A DNA stretch of 64,000 nt from the human T2T-CHM13v2.0 reference genome, Homo sapiens. The DNA lies in assembly GCF_009914755.1 (NCBI RefSeq), contig NC_060947.1; one strand, given 5' to 3'. The translations under genes and the position numbers were made by a program. Shown piece after piece: positions 1-18,140 of this stretch; within the stretch, counting starts at the first letter, position 1, and the number at the start of each line of letters is the position of its first letter. Below the pieces are notes generated by a model. That model did no database searches. It was not told the DNA's origin and saw nothing but the letters and a program-made list of their open reading frames with translations.

Positions 1-214
1 TTGAGAAAGAACAAAGCTTGAGTCCTCACATTTCTTGATTTCAAAAGATATTGCAAAGCTACCAAAATCAGAAGAGTATGGTACTGACAAGACAGACATG
101 TAGACCAATGGACTAGAATAGAGAGATTAGATGTATGGGTTTATTGCTAAGCTCTCTATAAACCCACACATATATGGTCAACTGACCTTCAACAAGGTGG
201 TCAAGAATACACAT
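1..214 (+). mobile_element. Old LINE-1 (L1M) ORF2 3'-region fragment
   Basis: Degenerate L1 ORF2 C-terminal motifs (aagaacaaagct..., tatggtactg, gaccaatgga, ataaacccacacatatatggtcaactga). Confidence 0.8.
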
Positions 215-499
215 GTCCAAGATCTGGGAATTCCAAGATAAATGTACTGGAATATTCAGTGTCTGTTAAGGACTGATTCTCTTTTTCATGTATGGTGCCT
301 TGTTGCTGCATCCTCACATGGCCAAAGGGGCAAAGGATTTTGCTTCAACTTCTTTTATGAGGCTACTAACTTCATTAATGAGAAGGGAGGTCTCATGACC
401 TAGTCACATCCCAAAGGCCTCACCTCTTAACACAATCACATTTCATGTTAGATTCCAACATGTGAATTTTGGGGGAACACTAACATCCAGAAAATAGTA
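215..499 (-). mobile_element. MaLR LTR (MLT1A/MST-like), partial
   Basis: Ends in ttccaacatgtgaatttttgggggaacactaacatccagaaaatagta, the reverse complement of the MLT1A-type LTR start; internal catcctcacatgg and catgacctagtcac motifs. Confidence 0.75.
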
Positions 500-504
500 G
501 TCAT

Positions 505-1440
505 TACTTTAAAAATCCAGAAAATATCAGATGACTATGTGGAAATATTGGAATTCTTACACACTTTTGGTGGGAATATAAAGTGGTGCAGCTGTTATGG
601 AAAATAGTATGAAGGTTCCACAAAAAATTAAAAATATCTGCATATGACTCAGGAATCTCACTTCTGGGTATTTATCCAAACAAATTAAAATCAAGACCTT
701 AAAAAGATACTTGTAATCCCATATTCATTGTGTCATTATTCACAATAACCAAGATTTGAAAAGGCACTAAATGGCCATTAACAGATGAATAAACAATGAA
801 AATGTGATATAAATATATATATATAATGTGTTTAATATAATGTGTGTACCTCTCTAATATATATGTACATATATACACTCACATGTATATATGTATGTAA
901 CATATGCTACATATATAATATAAATATTATATATAATATTGTGTAATATATGTTGCATATATAACGTTATATGTGTCTATGATATACAGCACATATGTGT
1001 GTAATACATAGTATATACATATAAATATGAGATGCATATACACATATAAACATATGTCTATAAATGAGACAGCAAGAATAATATTCAGCCATAAATAAGG
1101 AAATCCCATCATATGTTGCAATGTGGATTAACCTTAAAGACTTTATGCTAAGTGAAATAAGCTAGTTACATCAAAACAGGTGCTGCATGATTCCATTTAT
1201 GTAAAGTATCTAAAATAGTCAAACTCATAGAAACAGAAAGTAGAATAGTGATTTCCAGGGACTGTGGATAAGGGAAAATGGGTGAATTGTTATTTCACAG
1301 GAGTAGAGTTTTAGTCATGCAGGATAAAATTTCAAGTTCTGGAGATCTGCTGCTCAACATTATGTTTATAGCTAAACGATACTGTTATGTGCACTTAAAA
1401 AATTATCAGGTATATCGCATGTATTTTTATCATAATGAAA
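505..1440 (+). mobile_element. L1MB-type 3' end (ORF2 end + 3'UTR) interrupted by AT-rich simple repeat
   Basis: tgctaagtgaaataagc, catgattccatttat, tatctaaaatagtcaaactcatagaaacagaaagtagaatagtg, gttctggagatctgctg motifs of the L1MB 3'UTR. Confidence 0.75.
805..1062. repeat. (TA)n/(TATG)n low-complexity expansion
   Basis: Degenerate alternating purine-pyrimidine tract at the usual L1 'gtggtatatata' expansion site. Confidence 0.85.
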
Positions 1441-1829
1441 ACAAGATGGTAATATTTTTAAAAATGATTAGTGGATTCAAAGTAATGCCTATTAAATCCC
1501 AGCTTACTTTATCACAGAAATTGACAAGCTGATTTTAAATTCATATGGAAATACAAGAGAACCTAAATAGCCAAAATAATCTCTAGAGGAACAAAGTCAG
1601 TGGACTCATAATTCCTCATTTCAAAACTTATAATGAAGCTATAGTAATCAAGATAGTGAGGTACTAACGAAAGCATAGACATGTGTAGTTCAGTGGAACT
1701 ACACATTGAGAGTCCAGAAACAAACCCATGCACTTATGGTCAACTAATTTTTGGCAAATCATGAAGACATTTCAGTTAAGGAATGAGTAGTGTTTTTAAA
1801 AATGTTGCTGGGAAAAAAATCCAATACTT

Positions 1830-2246
1830 TTTAATCTCACATATATGTAGAATCTAAAAAAGTCAGAGAGTAGAAACAGAGAGTCAAACAGAGCTATGGA
1901 AACATAATAAAATTGTGGTTAACAGAGGCTGGAGGTGGAAGACACGGAAAGAAGACATGTTAGTCAAAGGGTAGAAAGTTTCAGTTAGACAAAAAGAAAA
2001 AGTTGTAGTAATCTATTGCAAAACAATGAAAAACCTTTAGTAATCTATTGCAAAACATGGTGATCATACTTAATGCATGTTTCAAAATTACTAGAAGGGT
2101 GTATTTTCAACATTCTCACCACAAAAACAAGATAAGTAGGTGAGGTGATAAATATGTTAATCATTTTGATTTAATTTTTCTACAATGTATACATATATCA
2201 AAACAACACCTTATACCCCATAAAAACACAATTATTATTTATCAAT
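1830..2246 (+). mobile_element. L1MA (MA5-MA8-like) 3'UTR fragment
   Basis: tctcaccacaaaaa…gataagtaggtgaggtgataaatatgttaat…tatcaaaacaacaccttataccccata motifs. Confidence 0.7.
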
Positions 2247-2249
2247 GTT

Positions 2250-2433
2250 TTAATTATTTAATTATTTCTTATTTTTTACTTTTGTGGGTACATAGTAGGT
2301 GTAAATATTTATGGGGTACATGAGATGTTTTGATACAGATATACAATGTGAAATAAGCACATCATGGAGAATGGGGTATCCATTCTCTCAAGCAACTTCA
2401 GTCATTTGCAATGACATGGATAGAACTGGATAT
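2250..2433 (-). mobile_element. L1MA1/2-like 3' terminal fragment with short inverted 5' piece
   Basis: ttttgtgggtacatagtaggtgta…ggggtatccattctctcaagca on minus, then cagtcatttgcaatgacatggatagaactgga in plus orientation. Confidence 0.7.
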
Positions 2434-3674
2434 CAATTAATTTTTAATCACAGTTAAAAATTATGCTGCAACTGTATATTGTTGACACATACAAAAGAAT
2501 GCATTTAAACTCTTACTTCACACTATACACTAAAATTAACCCAATGGATCAAAGACCTAAATGTAAGAGCTCAATCTACAAAACTGTTAGAAGAAACTAT
2601 AGGTGTAAATTTTCATGACCTTGTATAAGGACACTGATTCTTAGATATAAAACCAAAAGCAGGGGTGATACAATACAAACTGGATAAATTGGATTCATCA
2701 AAATGTAAACTTTCATTCTTTAAAAGAAATCAGTAAGAAAGTGAAAGAACAACCTACAGAATGAGAGGGAATTTGCAAATCACCTATCTGATAAGATATT
2801 TGCATACAAAATACATAAGGGAGCCTTACAACTCAAAAATAATATTAACAAATTAAATGATCCATTTAGACAATGTGAAGATAATGTAAATGAACATTTC
2901 TTTAAAGAAGATATGCAAATACCCAACAAACTCCTAAAAAGTTGTTGGACATAGTCATTAGAAAAATGCAAATTAAAACTTCAATGAGATATCTCAGCAC
3001 ATCCAATAGAATGGCTAACATCAAATAGAAAGCTTGTAGCAAATGTTGAAGAAGATGTGGACAACCGGAACCATTATACATTGTTGATAAGGGTGTAAAA
3101 TGTTGTAGTTACTTTGGTAAATAGTCTGGCAGTTCCTCAGAATTTGAACATAGAATTTGTCTCATGGCCCAGTGATTCCCAGATATGTACCTCAATAAGT
3201 TTAAAACATGTGTCGGAAAAATGTGCCCATGATTGTTGACAGGAGCATTATTCTAATAGCCAAAACTTGGAAATAACCTAGTGTCCATTAACTGATCAGT
3301 GGATCAACAAAAGGTGGTATAGCTATACAATGGAAATGTTAATCATAGAAAGAATGAAATACTGATACCTGCTACAACATGGATGAATATTAAAAACACA
3401 TGATAAGTAAAGAAAGTCAGACCAACAGCCATATTGTGATGTCATTTATATAAAATGTCCAGAACAGGAAACTCTATGAACAGACATTTGACTAGTGGTT
3501 GACAAGAGCTGAGAAGTGGTTGAAAAGAGCTGAGGAGAGTGCTGCTATTAGATACAGAGTTTTTCGGGGAGATTAATGAATATATTCTGGAACAGATAGT
3601 AGTGACGGGGGTATAAGGCTAAAAATGTTCTAAAGCCAATTGAATTGAACACTTTAAAAGTGTAAATGTTATGA

Positions 3675-3762
3675 TATAAAAATATATTTTATATATAATA
3701 TAAATATAAAATATTTATATATAAATATATTATATATATAAATAAATATTTTATTTAAATAA
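3675..3762. repeat. AT-only low-complexity tract
   Basis: Almost pure A/T (TA)n-like run. Confidence 0.85.
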
Positions 3763-4169
3763 TGCCAAAAGAAGGAAAGAGAGAGAACATCATTATCCAG
3801 TGATTCGGAGATCACAAAGCCATTACTCCTGCAATAACTGCTAACACTGCCTCAGTTGCCACTCAACATTGATGAAATTGATGATGAGCCACTGGAAATC
3901 TAAGTTCAGTCACCGCAATTGCTTCTCAATCCATGATTTTGTTTGCCAACAGATATAGCAACAACAAGAGCTTTCTGTCTCTTTTCTGCTTTCCTAATCC
4001 CACAGAAGTGCATATAATTAGTGGAACCTCATTTTTTCAGGACTAAGTGTAAAGAAATCTGAACTATATAGTGTTTTGTTGTGTTTTGATGTTGCTTTTT
4101 AGACTCCATATTATAAGAAACAAAGGATAAATTGTTGCCTGAAAAATAAAATACTCAATACCCTCCACA

Positions 4170-4325
4170 GAAAGTCTCTCCAGGAGTATGACATGTAAGC
4201 TACAGTCTCAAAAATGAGAAAGGACCAGCTATCTGCCAGTGCAAAAATCTGGGGGAAAACCATTTCAGGCTGTGGAAATAGAATGTATGAGAATCCTGAT
4301 GTGAGAGATGATTTGTTTTGCTTTA
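4170..4325 (-). mobile_element. L2 fragment
   Basis: Purine-rich gaggagtgacat…ctgggggaaaaccatttcaggc…ggaaatagaatgtatgagaatcctga pattern typical of antisense L2. Confidence 0.45.
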
Positions 4326-4647
4326 ATTCAGAAAAAAAAGCTTTTTGTCTATATGTCCCTTAACAGTTACTATATTTATATTTCTTGTCTCATTGTCTCC
4401 CTATGCTGCATTCTGGAAAATTTCTTGTGACCCGTCTTCAAGATTACCAAGTATGTCTTCACATATGTTAATTTTTTTAAATGAATCTGCTGACTTAAAA
4501 AATTCTGTTATTTCCTACTTTCATTCCTAGCAGTTATATTTGGTGTGTTTTCAAACCTCTGGGAATTTTTAATATGCTATTCCTGATAAAATTTTAGTTG
4601 GTTAAGTGTAAGAATATTTGTTTATTATTTGTTGATTTTAAATATTT

Positions 4648-11684
<7,037 letters not shown>

Positions 11685-11876
11685 TGATTTAAATATTTGA
11701 AGAGTTTGCAAGTTTATTTTTGTTGCCTGCTGTTTTGTTCGTTCTAACTCATCTGCTTTGTTTTCTCGTGTGAGTGCTTACTTTTGAATGGGTGATGTTT
11801 GTTGTATTGCCACACTAAAGTGAAGAACACATGCCTCGTTGTCTTTGCTAAATGCTGATTGTAAATACCCAGGGCA

Positions 11877-14800
11877 TAGAAATATCTAGCTAAACTTTGT
11901 AACAATTTGAGTGAAGTGAGAAGCCTCCTGGCCAGAACTTGAGGGAAGTCCAAATGTGGTGTGCAGACTACACAGGCAGGGAAACCCAAGCCCTTTTCTT
12001 TAGCGGCTGGGAGGTCAACACAGAAAGTCAACAAAGAAACAATGGATTTAAACTATACCTTGGAACAAGTGGACTTAACAGAAATATACAGAACATTTCA
12101 TTCAACAACCACAGGGTAGCCTGGGGAAGGTTTTCAAGCCTGTCTCACTCTCTGCTTGGAAATGGGCTCAGGGCTGTTGGGGGTGAAACAGTGGGAGTGA
12201 GATGATTTTCCGTTTGTGTTGGAGCTGGGTGAGGCCTGTGACTGCCAGCATTTCCCCACTTCCCTGACAACCTGCATGACTCAGCAGAAGCAGCCATAAT
12301 TCTCCTAGGTACACAATTGCAGTCACCTGGGAATCTTTTCCCATCCCCCACAGCAGCTGCAGCAAGACTCGCCCAAGGAGAGTCTGAGTTCCCCCCACAC
12401 CTAGCCCCAACCCCAACTGATGGTCCTTCCCTACTCACCCTGGTAGTGGAAGACAAAGGGCATATAATCTTGGGAGTTCTAGGGCCCTGCCCACCATGAG
12501 TTCCTCCCGATGCTACCACAGCTGATGCTCTCTGGAAAGTGCCACCTCCTGGAAGGAGGCCAACCAGCACAAAAATCGAGCATTAAACTACCAAAGCTAA
12601 GAACCCTCACAGAGTCCATTGTACGTCCCACCCCCCAACCTCCACCAGAACAGGTGCTGGTATCCAAGGCTGAGAGACCCATAGATGGTTCACATCACAG
12701 GACTCTGTGCAGACAACCCCCGGTACCAGCCTAGAGCCAGGTAGACTCACTGCGTCACTAGACTCAGAAGAGACACAACAATCACTGGAGTTGTCCTATG
12801 TGAACAATCACATAGGAAGCCACATCCATAGGAAAAGGGGGGGGAGAACTACATCAAGGGAACAGTCCCATAGGACAAAAGAATCTGAACAACAGCCTTC
12901 AGCCCTAGACCTTTCTTCTGATAAAGCCTACCCAAATAAGAAGGAGCCAGAAAATGAACCCCGGTAATATAACAAAACAACACTCTTCAACACCCCCCCC
13001 AATCAAAATCACACTAGTTCACCAGTAATGGATCGAAACCAAGAAGAAATACCTGATTCACCTGAAAATGTATTCAGGAAGTTAGTTATTAAGCTAATCA
13101 GGGAGGGACCACAGAAAGGCAAAACCCAGTGCAAGGAAATCCAAAAACTGATACAAGAACTGAAGGGAGAAATATTCAAGGATATAGATACCTTAAAGAA
13201 TAAACAATCAAAAATTCAGGAAACTCTGGACACACTTTTAAAAATGTGAAATGCTATGGAAAGTCTCAGCAGTAGAATTGAACAAGTAGAAGAAAGAAAT
13301 TCAGAGCTTGAAGACAAGGTCTTTGAATTAACCCAATCCACCAAGGACAAAGAAAAAAGAATAAAAAAAATATGAACAAATCCTCCAAGATGTCTGGGAT
13401 TATGTTACATGACCAAACCTAAGAATAATCAGTGTTTATGAAAAAGAAGAGAATTCTAAATGCTTGGAAAGCATATTTGGGGGAATAATCAAGAAAAACT
13501 TTCTCAGTCTTGCTAGAGACCTAAACATCCAAATACAAGTAACATAAAGAACACCTGGGAAATTCATTGCAAAAAGATGTTTGTCTAGGCACATTGTCTT
13601 CAGGTTATTCAAAGTTAAGACAAAGGAAAGTTTCTTAAGAGCTGTGAAAGAGAAGCACCAGGTAACCTATTAAGGAAAATCTATCACGTTAACAGTAGAT
13701 TTCTCAGCAGAAACCCCACAAGCTAGAAGGGATTGGGGCCCTATCTTCAGCCTCCTCAAACAAAACAATTATCAGCCAAGAATTTTGTATCCAGCGAAAC
13801 TAAGCAACAGATATGAAGGAAAGATACAGACTTTTTCAGACAAACAAATGCTGAGAGAATTTGCCATTACCACGCCACTGCTAAAATGAGCTCTAAATCT
13901 TAAAACAAATCCTGGAAATATCAAAACAGAACCTATGTAAAGCCTAAATCACACAAGACTTATAAAACAAAAATATAAGTTAAAAAGGAAATCAAAAACA
14001 AACCAAAAAAACAAAGTACACAGCCAACAAAGAGCATGATGAACGCACATTTTAATACAAACATTGAATGTAAAAGTCCTAAATGCTCCACTTAAAAGAT
14101 ACAGAACAGCAGAATGGATAAGAACTCAACAACCAACTATCTGTTGCCTTCAGGAGACACACCAAACGCATAAGGACTCACATAAACTTAAAGTAAAGTG
14201 ATGGAAAAAGGCATTTCGTGCTAATGGACACCAAAAGTGAGCAGGGGTAGCTATTCTTATATTAGACAAAACAATCTTTAAAGCAACAGCTGTTAAAATA
14301 GACAAAGAGGGACATTATATAATGGTAAAAGGCCTTGTCCAACAGGAAAATATCACAATTCTAAACATATATGCACCTAACACTGGAGATTCCAAATTTA
14401 TAAAACAATTACTAATTGACCTAATAAATGAGATAGACAGCAACACAATAATAGTGGGGACTTCAATACTCCACAGTCAGCACTAGACAGGCCATCAACA
14501 CAGAAAGTCAACAAAGAAACAATGGATTTAAACTATACCTTGGAACAAGTGGACTTAACAGAAATATACAGAACATTTCATCCAACAACCACAGAATACA
14601 CATTCTATTCAACAGTGCATGGAAGTTTCTGCAAGATAGACCATATGATAGGCCATAAAACAAGCCTCAATACATTTAAGAAAATTGAAATTATATCAAG
14701 CACTCTCTCAGACTACAGTGGAATAAAACTTGAAATCAACCCTAAAAGGAACCTTCAAAACCATGCAAATACATCGAAATTAAATAACCTGCTAATAAAT

Positions 14801-17800
14801 GACCATTGGGTCAAAAACAAAATCAAGATGAAAAGTAAAATAATCTTCGAACTAAACAACAATGATGACACAACTTATCAAAATTTCTGGGATACGGCAA
14901 AGGTGGTGCTAAGAGGAAAGTTCATAGCCCTAAACATCTACATCAAAAAGACTGGAAAAGCACCAACTGACAGTCTAAGGTCACACCTCAGCGAACTAGA
15001 GAAACAAGAACAAACCAAACCCAAACTCAGCAGAGGAAAGGAAATAACCAAGATCAGAGCAGAGCTAAATGCAACGGAAACAAACAAACAAATAACAACA
15101 ACAAAAAATACAAAAGATAAATGAAACAAAAAGCTCGTTCTTTGAAAAGATAAAATTGATAGACCACTAGCAAGATTAAGCAAAAAAAAAAAAAAAAAAG
15201 AAGAAGAAGAAGAGAGGAAATCCAAATAACCTCACTAAGAAAAGAAACAGGAGATATTACAACTGACACCACTGAAATATAAGAGATCCTTCAAGGCTAC
15301 TATGAACACCTTTACACACATAAACTAAAAAATCTAGAAAAGATGAATAAATTCTTAGAAAAATACAACTCTCCTAGCTTAAATTTGGAAGAATTAGATA
15401 CCCTGAACAGACCAAGAACAAGCAGTGAGATTGAAATGGTAATTTAAAAAATATCAACAAAACAACTTCCAGGACTGGATAGATTCACAGCAAAATTCTT
15501 TCAGACATTCAAAGAAGAATTGGTTCCAATCACTTTCACACTATTCCACAAGACAGAGAAAGAAGGGACCCTTCCTAATTCATTCTATGAAGCAGCAGCT
15601 CCCTAATACCAAAACCAAGAAAGGATATAACCAAAAGAGAAAACTACAGACTGATATCCTTGATGAAGATTGATGCTAAAATTCTCAACAAAATACTAGC
15701 TAACCGAATTCAACAACAAATCAAAGAGATAATCCACCATGATCAAATAGGTTTCACAACCAGGGATGCAGGGATGGTTTAACATATGCAAGTCAATAAA
15801 TGCGATACGCCACATAAACAGAATTAAAATCAAAAATCACATGATCATCTCAATAGACGCAAAAAAGCATTTGACAAAATCCGTCATTCGTTTATGATTA
15901 AAACTCTCAGCAAAATTGGCATACGAGGGACATACCTTAATGTAGTAAAAGCCATCTATGACAAACCTACAGCCAAGATAACACTGAATCGGGAAAAGTT
16001 GAAAGCATTCTGTCTGAGAACTGGAAAAAGACAAAGATGCCCACTCTCACCACTCCTCTTCAACATAGTGCTGGAAGTCCTAGCCAGAGCAATCAGACAA
16101 GAGAAAGAAATAAAGGGCATCCAAATCGGCAAAGGTGAAGTCAAACTGTCATTGTTTGATGTTGATATGATTGTTTACCCCAAAAACCCTAAAGACTCCT
16201 CCAGAAAGCTCCTATAACTAATAAAAGAAGTCAGTAAACTTCCAGATACAAGATTAATGTACACAAATCAGTAGCTCTTCTATACACCAATGGCAACCAA
16301 GCAGAGAATCAAATCAAGAATTCAACCCCTTTTACCATAGCTGCAAAAACATAAAATAAAATACTTAGGAATATACCTAACCAAGAAGGTGAAAGACCTC
16401 TACAAGGAAAACTACAAAACACTGCTGAAAGAAATCATAGATGACACAAAGAAATGGAAACACATCCCATGCTTATGGATGGGTATAATCAATATTGTGA
16501 AAATGTCCATACTGCCAAAAGCAATACACAAATCCGATACAATTCCCATCAAAATACAACCATCATTCTTCAGAGAAGTAGAAAAAACAATTCTAAAATT
16601 TATATGGCACCAAAAAAAAAAAAAAGCACGCATATCAGAGCAAGACTAACCAAAAAGAACAAATCTGGAAGCATCACACTACGTGATTTCAAACTATACT
16701 ATAAGGCCATAGTCACCAAAACAGAGTGATACTGATATAAAAATAGGCACATAGATCAATGGAACAGAATGGAGAACCCAGAAAAAAAAAAAAAGAACTC
16801 AAATACTTGCAGCCAACTGATCTTCAACAAAGAAAACACAAACAAAAGTGGGGGAAAGACACCCTTTTCAACAAATGGTGCTGGGATAATTGGCTAGCCA
16901 CATGTAGGAGAATGAAACTGGATCCTCATCTCTCACATTATACAAAAAGTAACTCGAGATGGATTAAGGACTTAAACCTAAGACCCAAATTCTAGAAGAT
17001 AACATTGGAAAAACCCTTCTAGACATTTGCTTAGGCAAGGATTTCATGACAAAGAACTCAAAAGCATATACAATAAAAACAAAGATAAAGAACTGGGACC
17101 TGATTAAACTAAAGAGCTTTAACAGACAACCCACATAGTGATAGAAAATCTTCACAATCTATATATCTGACAAAGGACTAATATCCAGAATCTACAACAA
17201 ACTCAAGCAAATCAATAAGAAAAATAATTTTAAATTTCATCAAAAAGTGGGCTAAGGACATGAATAAACAATTATCAAAAGCAGATATATTGGACAATGA
17301 ACATGTTAAAAAATGCTTAACGTCACTAATAATCAGGGAAATGCAAATCAAAACCACAATGCGATATCACCTTACTCCTACAAGAATGGCCATAATCAAA
17401 AAATCAAAAAACAGTACATGTTGACATGGATGTGGTGAACAGGGAACACTTCTACACTGCTGGTGTGAATGCAAACTAGTGCAGCCACTATGGAAAACCA
17501 TGTGGAGATTATTTAAAGAACTAAAAGTAGAATTACCATTTGATCCAGCAATCCCACTATTCGGTATCTAACCAGAGGAAAATAAGTCATCATTTGAAAA
17601 AGATTCTTGCATGTGCATATTTATAGCAGCACAATTCACAATTGCAAAATCGTGGAACCAACACAGATACCCATCGATCAATGAGTGGATAAAGAAATAT
17701 ATAAATATATATGTGATGGAATAGTATGCAGCCATAAAAAAGAGCGAATTAACAGCAGTTGCAACGATCTGGATGAGATTGGAGATTATCATTTGTATTA

Positions 17801-18125
17801 TTCTATTTGTGTTATTCTAAGTGAAGTAAGAAATGGAAAAGCAAACATCATATGTTCTCAATGATATGTGGAGATAAGCTATAAGGACGCAAAGGCACAA
17901 GAAGGATACAGTGGGCTTTGGGGACTTGGGGTGAAGTGTAGGAGGGAGTAAAAGGATAAAAAGCTACATATATGGTGCAGTGTATGCTGCTCGGGTGATG
18001 AGTGCACCAAAATCTCACAAATAACCACTAAAGAACTTACTCATGTAACCAAATACCACCTGTATCCCAATAATTTATGGAAAAAAGATAAAATAAATAA
18101 ATAAATATAAATAAATAAATAAAAA
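11877..18125 (+). mobile_element. Near full-length LINE-1, L1PB1-like, truncated within 5'UTR
   Basis: L1PB-type 5'UTR (aactttgtaacaattt…gggtagcctgggg), ORF1 remnant (13028-13249), ORF2 remnants, 3' end gtaaccaaataccacctg plus (AAAT)n tail. Confidence 0.9.
14035..17870 (+). pseudogene. Disrupted L1 ORF2 (APE endonuclease - reverse transcriptase)
   Basis: Translated pieces: YRTFHP…KIDHMIG…[11 protein letters not shown] (EN), [21 protein letters not shown]…LFDVDMIVY (RT with dead FADD motif), [12 protein letters not shown]; multiple stops and frameshifts. Confidence 0.88.
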
Positions 18126-18140
18126 GTAAATAACAAGAGA

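Larger units (their letters stand above)
1441..3690 (+). mobile_element. Old L1MB/MC ORF2 3' part and 3'UTR, interrupted by two L1MA fragments (1830-2433)
   Basis: ORF2 C-terminal motifs 1441-1815 (…aatgttgctgggaaaa) resume at ~2461 and run to a 3'UTR ending near gaattgaacactttaaaagtg. Confidence 0.7.

Noticed and set aside
805-1121. 64-aa hydrophobic ORF
   Set aside because: Translation of a (TA)n low-complexity tract
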